Of a stretch of DNA of 11,473 nt, positions 6,278 through 11,473 are shown one piece after another. The DNA is from Conexivisphaerales archaeon (GTDB lineage: Archaea; Thermoproteota; Nitrososphaeria; Conexivisphaerales; DTJL01), in contig JBEKZX010000049.1 in assembly GCA_049509455.1 (NCBI GenBank), positions 1 through 11,473 of the forward strand, written 5' to 3'. The notes under the pieces were generated by a model. It searched no databases. It had not been told where the DNA came from and saw only the letters and a list, made by a program, of their open reading frames with translations. The translations under genes and the position numbers were made by a program. Within the stretch, counting starts at the first letter, position 1. The number at the start of each line of letters is the position of its first letter.

Positions 6278-7636
6278 TTACTCTTTCGCCGGGGCCAGCC
6301 TCTGGACGCTCCGGGCGAAGAATTCGATGGCCCTTGGGTAGTCCGCCTCCATGATGTGCTCGTTGGGGGCGTGGTAGGCCGAGCCCAGGTACGACACGCT
6401 GGGCGTCAGCACCGACGGCAGCCGCAGCTCATTGATGAACAGGGAGATGGGGCCCGTGGCTGCCATGCTGGGCCACACGTTGGGAGCCATGCCGTACACC
6501 TCCTCCGCCGCCCGGACCAGGGGATCAAGCAGGGGCGTGTTCAGCGGCGTCTTCCCGGGGAGCTCGTCGCTGTAGGACTTCAGCTTCACGTCGGCGCAGC
6601 CCAGCTGGTCGAGGTAACTCCTGATGGAACTGAAGATCTTCGCTGGGTCCTGCTTCGGCACGAGCCTGAAGTCCATTTTCACCGTGACGCGGCGAGGGAG
6701 CACCGTCTTGGAGCCTGGGCCGCCATATCCGGAGACAAATCCGGCGATGTTGCAGGTGGGCGTGAATACTAGGTCACGGGCAGTACTGGAACCTGAAGAC
6801 GGCGCGAGGAGCCCATTTGCGCCTAGCATCTTCCCGAAGGCCACAGCGTCCAAGCTGTTGCTGTCCGTCCTCTCCAGCTCCTCCTTCGTGGGTGGCACGA
6901 TGTCTTCGTAGAAGCCCGGAATCAGGATCCTGCCCTCTTGGTCCTTGAAATGGTTCAGGGCCCAGACCAGCCTCCACGCTGGGTTGGGCACCGCCGCTGC
7001 GTACATTGAATGGAGGTCCACCGCCGCCGTCTCGAGGGTCATCTCGATATAGAGGAGGCCCTTGGCGCCTAGGTAGAACTGGGGTCGCCCGTCGCTGGCC
7101 GTGTCCGTACCCTCCCATATGCAGACGTCGCCCTTCATCCTGTCCCCAAACTTCTTCACGAACTGGTGGAGGTGGGGGCTTCCGATCTCCTCCTCGCCTT
7201 CGATGACGAACCTGACGCTGATGGGGAGGCGCTTCCCTCCTTCCCGCAGGGTCTCCACAGCGTGCATGCGGGCCATCAGGTCGCCCTTGTCGTCGGCGAT
7301 GCCTCGGCCGAAGATCTTGCCGTCCTTCCGCTCGCCGCCGAAGGGTTTCACCTTCCACTCGTCTAGTGGGTCCACCGGCTGCACGTCGTAGTGGTTGTAG
7401 AAGACTAGGGTCCGGTCGCTCTGGCCCAGCAGGTCAGCTATTATGAGAGGCGGGGCGTCGGGCAGCGTAAGCCTCTGAGTCTTGAAGCCTAGGGAGCCCA
7501 GCTTCTTCTGCACGAAGTCGGCGGTTTCAGGGATGGCCTTCCCCTCCGCCGAGATGGTGGGGAAGGAGACGAACTCTTGCAGCTCGCCGACATAGCGCTC
7601 GAGGGATCGGGAGATGCTTCCTTTCAGGTCGTTCAC
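6278..7636 (-). CDS. M20/M25/M40 family metallopeptidase (dipeptidase/ArgE-DapE-like)
   Basis: Metal-binding and catalytic motifs YNHYDVQP, GRGIADDKG, EGEEEIGS, IWEG, DLHS and YHAPNE. Preferred start is GTG 7636 (TATA-like GTTAAG at 7662-7667 with a purine-rich BRE upstream); the track start is 7717. Confidence 0.93.
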   Translation of the reverse strand: MNDLKGSISRSLERYVGELQEFVSFPTISAEGKAIPETADFVQKKLGSLGFKTQRLTLPDAPPLIIADLLGQSDRTLVFYNHYDVQPVDPLDEWKVKPFGGERKDGKIFGRGIADDKGDLMARMHAVETLREGGKRLPISVRFVIEGEEEIGSPHLHQFVKKFGDRMKGDVCIWEGTDTASDGRPQFYLGAKGLLYIEMTLETAAVDLHSMYAAAVPNPAWRLVWALNHFKDQEGRILIPGFYEDIVPPTKEELERTDSNSLDAVAFGKMLGANGLLAPSSGSSTARDLVFTPTCNIAGFVSGYGGPGSKTVLPRRVTVKMDFRLVPKQDPAKIFSSIRSYLDQLGCADVKLKSYSDELPGKTPLNTPLLDPLVRAAEEVYGMAPNVWPSMAATGPISLFINELRLPSVLTPSVSYLGSAYHAPNEHIMEADYPRAIEFFARSVQRLAPAKE

Positions 7637-7750
7637 GCCCTGTCCGTCGTCCGCCCCTTTCCTTAACTCTTTCTCGACGAACGGGTCACCCTCTCGGGCC
7701 AAGAACCCTAGGCGCAATTCTTATCCGTCTAGCCGCATGCCAGCCCGAGC

Positions 7751-8647
7751 ATGAAGCCTAAGACGGCCAGCCGCAGCGCAGGCGTGGCCATGGCCGTGCT
7801 CGCCAACGTCTTCTGGGGGACCGTCTTTGTCGCCTCCAGCGTCGGTCTGGCCTACGCCAACCCTTACCTTCTCGTTTTTCTGCGTTTCGTGGCTGGCTCC
7901 ATCGGAGTCCTCGGCGCGGCACTGGCCTTGGGATGGACTCACGACCTGGCCCACGAACTTGGCAAGAAAGTCATCTGGGGCCTAGGCAGCGTCTACGCTC
8001 TGGGCTTCCTCATCCAATACGTGGGCCAGAACATGACCAGCGCGGCCGACGCCACGCTGTTATCCAACCTCGCCCCCGCCCTGACGCCCATTGTAGCCTA
8101 CATCATGATCAGGGAGGAGGTCCCGCGGCTCAATGCCGTAGCGGCCTTCATCGGCTTCCTGGGCCTGGTGCTCATCGGGGCACCCAAGATCCACGGGGGG
8201 AGCGTGGTGGGAGACCTCCTCCTCTTCGGGACCTCCCTATCCTATGCCTTCCTGATAGTCGTCCTCAAGAAACTGAAGATTGATTCCGTCGTCAGCTCGT
8301 TCGCCATCATAGTCACCATCATGGTGTATCTCCTCCCTACTGCCTTGCTCCCAGGTGGGTTGAGCGTTTCTGCCGTAAGCTTCCCTCCCCTCGCCTGGAT
8401 CGCGATCTTCTATATGGGGATCCCCTGCGGCATGGTCGCCATCGCCCTGTATTTCAAGGCGATAGGGTCGCTTTCGCCCACCGAGTCGGCGACCCTCCTG
8501 CTGGTCCAGCTCCTTGTCGGCCTCTCCCTCGCCTCCGTACTTTTGGGAGAGACGCTCGGCCCGGCTGAGCTGGCCGGCGCCGCCCTCATCCTGGTCGCCG
8601 TGGGCATCTCTTCAAGGGGCCACACGGCGACCCGAGCCTCCCCCTGA
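7751..8647 (+). CDS. DMT superfamily transporter (EamA/RhaT, two repeats)
   Basis: About 10 TM helices; VFWGTVFVAS, LVFLRF, TSAADATLLSNLAPALTPIVAYIMIREE, GDLLLFGTSLSYA and LLGETLGPAELAGAALILVAV are EamA-type segments. Confidence 0.93.
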   Translation: MKPKTASRSAGVAMAVLANVFWGTVFVASSVGLAYANPYLLVFLRFVAGSIGVLGAALALGWTHDLAHELGKKVIWGLGSVYALGFLIQYVGQNMTSAADATLLSNLAPALTPIVAYIMIREEVPRLNAVAAFIGFLGLVLIGAPKIHGGSVVGDLLLFGTSLSYAFLIVVLKKLKIDSVVSSFAIIVTIMVYLLPTALLPGGLSVSAVSFPPLAWIAIFYMGIPCGMVAIALYFKAIGSLSPTESATLLLVQLLVGLSLASVLLGETLGPAELAGAALILVAVGISSRGHTATRASP

Positions 8648-8673
8648 CGCGAAGGGAAAACTCATGCCGTAAG

Positions 8674-9498
8674 TTATTCGCTCGCCTGGTCGTGCTGCCC
8701 GGCTTTTCGAAGAACGTCAAGCTCGTGACGCTCGGCTACTTTGTCACCGCCCTTTCGCATGAGTTCACTTCGCTGCTCGTCAGCATGGTCGTCTGCCCGC
8801 CGGCCTTGGGCGTCATCGGCTTCGCCCTCGACCAGCCGGCGGGCAGTCTGGAAGATGCCCAGCCACTCAGGCCAGCGGAGCCTCCCTGTCTGGGTGTTCT
8901 GCCTGCTAGGATGGTATGAAGCCACCAGAGTCGGCCCTCCCTGCTTCTGCTTGTACGCGGCGCCGTGCTTGAACGTCATAGGCCTGGGAGCCCCAACGAG
9001 CCTTCCGTAGTATTCGAACGCCAGCCTCCCCAGGGTCACCACCACCACTACGTCCTCCAGCAGTCTGAGTTCCTCGGAGAGGAAGCCCAAGCTCTCCAGG
9101 ATCTCTTCCCTTGTGGGCTTGTTGTCGGGCGGGGCGCAGCGGACCAGGGCGGTGATGAAGGCGCCCTGCAGGCGCAGCCCGTCGTCCCTGCTTATGCTCT
9201 TCGGCTGGTTGGCGAAGCCGGTCTCGTAGAGGGCCCTCATCAGCCAGTCACCGGAGGAATCGCCGGTGAACATCCTTCCGGTCCTGTTTCCACCATGGGC
9301 CGCGGGAGCGAGGCCTATTATGAGAAGGCGGGCGTAGGGGTCGCCGAACCCAGGCACCGGCTTCCCCCAGTACTCCTGGCCTCTGTATCGCCTGACCTTG
9401 ACCTTCGAAATTGTCTCGATGTACTCCATAAGGCGCGGACAGTTTCGTGAGGCGACAATCCTCTCTTCCAGCGCCGCTAGCTCCGCTTCTCTGGTCAA
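8674..9498 (-). CDS. udgB: Uracil-DNA glycosylase family 5 (UdgB-like) with about 50-aa C-terminal extension
   Basis: Motif A IIGLAPAAHGGNRTGRMFTGDSSG, RCAPPDNKPT, motif B SYHPSRQNTQTGRL, N-terminal CPRL...YWGKPVPGFGD. TTG start after GAGGGA. Confidence 0.93.
   Translation of the reverse strand: MTREAELAALEERIVASRNCPRLMEYIETISKVKVRRYRGQEYWGKPVPGFGDPYARLLIIGLAPAAHGGNRTGRMFTGDSSGDWLMRALYETGFANQPKSISRDDGLRLQGAFITALVRCAPPDNKPTREEILESLGFLSEELRLLEDVVVVVTLGRLAFEYYGRLVGAPRPMTFKHGAAYKQKQGGPTLVASYHPSRQNTQTGRLRWPEWLGIFQTARRLVEGEADDAQGRRADDHADEQRSELMRKGGDKVAERHELDVLRKAGQHDQASE
8692..8832 (+). pseudogene. Possible remnant of a membrane transporter gene (MFS-like N-terminus), antisense to the UdgB tail
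   Basis: The + frame reads MLPGFSKNVKLVTLGYFVTALSHEFTSLLVSMVVCPPALGVIGFALD and is hydrophobic. By hand, 29 of the first 34 codons end in G/C, against about 19 of 34 in the UdgB frame over the same bases. Confidence 0.35.
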
Positions 9499-9739
9499 AC
9501 AGGTCCCTCTAATGTAGGGAACGTGATAAGCCTATTCCGCCTTCCGTAGCTCACCGATAGAATCTCCGATGAGGCGAATACGGACCGCCGCCACATGTAG
9601 GCAAGCAGCCATGGAGCATCGCAGAGGTCGATGCCCAGACGATGGCTCAGCTGGCTCGGATGTTCGAGGTCCTGGCTGCTACCGTTGCATTGGAATTCTT
9701 CGGCGTGCGCGATCGCATTTAGCTCTGCTCCCTGGCGGC

Positions 9740-10531
9740 TCAGTCCACCAGCCTTCTCGGTTCTATGAGCTTGGCCCAAAGGAGGACGCCGGCAGCGAAC
9801 GCCACTAGGTAAACGCCGCTCAGCTCGAGGTTGAAGGTCAGGGTGCTGGCGAAGTTGCCGGTCGCCGTGGTCAGTATGATGGCCACTAGGGGGACAAAAA
9901 GCACTCCCGCCATCTGCTGCGCCTCCTTGAACCCCTTCGAAAGAGACGATATCCACGAAATCACGGCCACGCTGGCCAGGCTCAGACACGGTACGACAAG
10001 AGCCAGGGCCGAGAACCAGGCCGCGTCGGGGAGAAGCTCTACTCCGGCCTCGGATGAGAACGTCGACACCAATGCCCAGTAGATAGTGGCTGAAACCCAC
10101 GTGGACAGCACGGCCAGGGTGACGGGAGCTAGGGTCTTCCCTATGAATATCGTTCTGAGCGAGACGGGCTCGGATACCAGGCCCTCGGCCGTCTTCCTCT
10201 CCTTCTCGCCCGCGAAGCTGTCGGACGCCAACACGATGACGCTGGCCGTGGGCATGAGCATGAAGAGCGGAAGTGTGACCACGGTGAACAGGTACCAATA
10301 GAGCCCCGCCTTGGGCCCCAAGGTCTCGACGGCGGCCTTCAGTACGGGAGGGAGGAAGCGCGTGTCCTGCATCGCGACCGAAGCGGGGACGGTCCCCAGG
10401 AAGAGGCCGACGAGCGATGGAACGGAGACGGCCATCATCACCGGAAGGACGAAGACGGCCAGCACCAGGGTCTTGCTGGCGAGGTACTCCCTGATGTCTT
10501 TCCTAGCGATGGCCAAGGCCTGGTCGAGCAT
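9740..10531 (-). CDS. ABC-2 type exporter permease
   Basis: IARKDIREY N-terminus, ASDSFAGEKERKTAEGLVSEPVSLRTIFIGK motif, SSLSKGFKEAQQ, about 6 TM helices. Confidence 0.93.
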   Translation of the reverse strand: MLDQALAIARKDIREYLASKTLVLAVFVLPVMMAVSVPSLVGLFLGTVPASVAMQDTRFLPPVLKAAVETLGPKAGLYWYLFTVVTLPLFMLMPTASVIVLASDSFAGEKERKTAEGLVSEPVSLRTIFIGKTLAPVTLAVLSTWVSATIYWALVSTFSSEAGVELLPDAAWFSALALVVPCLSLASVAVISWISSLSKGFKEAQQMAGVLFVPLVAIILTTATGNFASTLTFNLELSGVYLVAFAAGVLLWAKLIEPRRLVD

Positions 10532-11458
10532 CTACGGGACGTCCCCTTCATAGGTAATTTCTCCGGGCTCGACTGAGATTGGCTGCAGGCCTGCTTCCAC
10601 CATGGCCTTGATCAAGGCCGGGATGTCGGCCTTGCCGGCAACGCTGACGACGAATTCGCCGACTCTTCCGCCACCTCCCATTTCAAGTCTGAACGAGGAA
10701 AGGGCCTTCATTATTGCGGACGGATCGTATGCAGACAGGAGCTTCACCTTCACCTTGCCATAGGGCCTGAGCACGTCGTCGAACGTTCCGGTGGCCACCA
10801 GCCTCCCGCCCTTCATGAGCATGACGGAGTCCGAGACCCTCCTAGCAAGGTAGGCGTTGTGGGTCGTCATCAGCACCGCGGCTCCCTGCTTGGCCGCGTC
10901 CCGGATCGTCGCTATCACCATTTCAGAGCCGTCAGGGTCCAGGCCCGAAGTCGGCTCGTCGAGGAGGAGCACGGGCGGCCGACCTAAATTCGTCCTAGCC
11001 AGGGCTAGCCTCTGCTTCATCCCCTTTGAGAACTTCTGCACTCCCACATTCTCGTAGCCTTCCAAGCCATACTTCCTGAGTAGCGTTCGAGCCTCCTCCT
11101 TGTACCCGTCTCCCCGTAGGCCACGGAGACGGGCATGAAACAGGAGGTTGTCCGCCGCCGAAAGGCGTTCGTAGAGACCTGGTTGTTCGCCCAGGTATCC
11201 GATCTTGCCCTTGGCCTCGACGCTCCCCACTGGGTGGCCCATTACGTAGGCGTGGCCCAGCCGGGGCCGGATGACTCCAATCAGTGTCCTTAGAAGTGTT
11301 GTCTTCCCCGCCCCGTTGGGCCCCAGAATCACCGTTACTGAAGAAGGCGGGAAGACGTGCGAGAGGTCGATCAGGATGCTCCTCCCGCCTAGCGCGACGC
11401 TCAGGTCACTAAGCACAACGGCCCCCGAGGAGTCCATTGACATGTGTTCAATTTCCAT
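10532..11458 (-). CDS. ABC transporter ATP-binding protein (ABC-2/multidrug type)
   Basis: Walker A GPNGAGKT, Q-loop LGEQP, signature FSKGMKQR, Walker B LLLDEP, H-loop TTH, plus a C-terminal accessory domain. The TAG stop directly abuts the permease ATG. Alternative starts are at 11443 and 11437. Confidence 0.96.
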   Translation of the reverse strand: MEIEHMSMDSSGAVVLSDLSVALGGRSILIDLSHVFPPSSVTVILGPNGAGKTTLLRTLIGVIRPRLGHAYVMGHPVGSVEAKGKIGYLGEQPGLYERLSAADNLLFHARLRGLRGDGYKEEARTLLRKYGLEGYENVGVQKFSKGMKQRLALARTNLGRPPVLLLDEPTSGLDPDGSEMVIATIRDAAKQGAAVLMTTHNAYLARRVSDSVMLMKGGRLVATGTFDDVLRPYGKVKVKLLSAYDPSAIMKALSSFRLEMGGGGRVGEFVVSVAGKADIPALIKAMVEAGLQPISVEPGEITYEGDVP

Positions 11459-11473
11459 CTGACCTCTTCCCTC

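Noticed and set aside
9573-9722. Start-less protein-like frame GEYGPPPHVGKQPWSIAEVDAQTMAQLARMFEVLAATVALEFFGVRDRI*
   Set aside because: GC3 is only about 65% by hand count, close to background. It has no upstream start (only an internal ATG) and no family I recognise; a gene remnant remains possible.
4664-11462. Long overlapping alternative ORFs (4664-5398, 4744-5250, 6269-6772, 6774-7358, 8965-9450, 9495-10298 and others)
   Set aside because: They are antisense or off-frame shadows of well-supported genes, typical of high-GC DNA.
1-11473. CRISPR arrays, IS/transposases, integrases, tRNA/rRNA, defence systems
   Set aside because: I saw no spaced direct repeats, terminal inverted repeats, nuclease or recombinase motifs, or structural RNA signatures.

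Overview
Archaeal-looking, GC-rich (roughly 60% by eye) housekeeping/accessory window. The archaeal call rests on an archaeal-type asparagine synthetase A, TATA boxes about 24-32 nt upstream of starts and many TTG/GTG starts. A non-ammonia-oxidising Nitrososphaerota/TACK-type host is a guess only. Genes in order: 5' part of a dienelactone hydrolase (-, runs off the left edge and is absent from the ORF track); small basic hypothetical protein, possibly a divergent eL38-like protein; class I SAM methyltransferase; coiled-coil protein with periodic [VI]P motifs; aaRS-like asparagine synthetase A divergent from an Lrp/AsnC regulator; a TGA-interrupted membrane ORF; zinc-ribbon/DUF4097-like protein; two small membrane proteins; M20 peptidase divergent from a DMT/EamA transporter; family-5 uracil-DNA glycosylase; ABC-2 permease plus ATPase. 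I saw no rRNA, tRNA, CRISPR array or mobile element. Best leads: (1) a phased four-site operator array (GCAT-W-ATGC core, 20/21/21-bp spacing) between asnA and the Lrp gene; (2) an alpha/beta (beta-layer)-type coiled coil with 7n+2 motif spacing; (3) a UdgB with two of four Fe-S cysteines replaced by Ser and a tail that is the antisense of a truncated membrane-protein gene. All family calls are from motif recognition; no searches were run.
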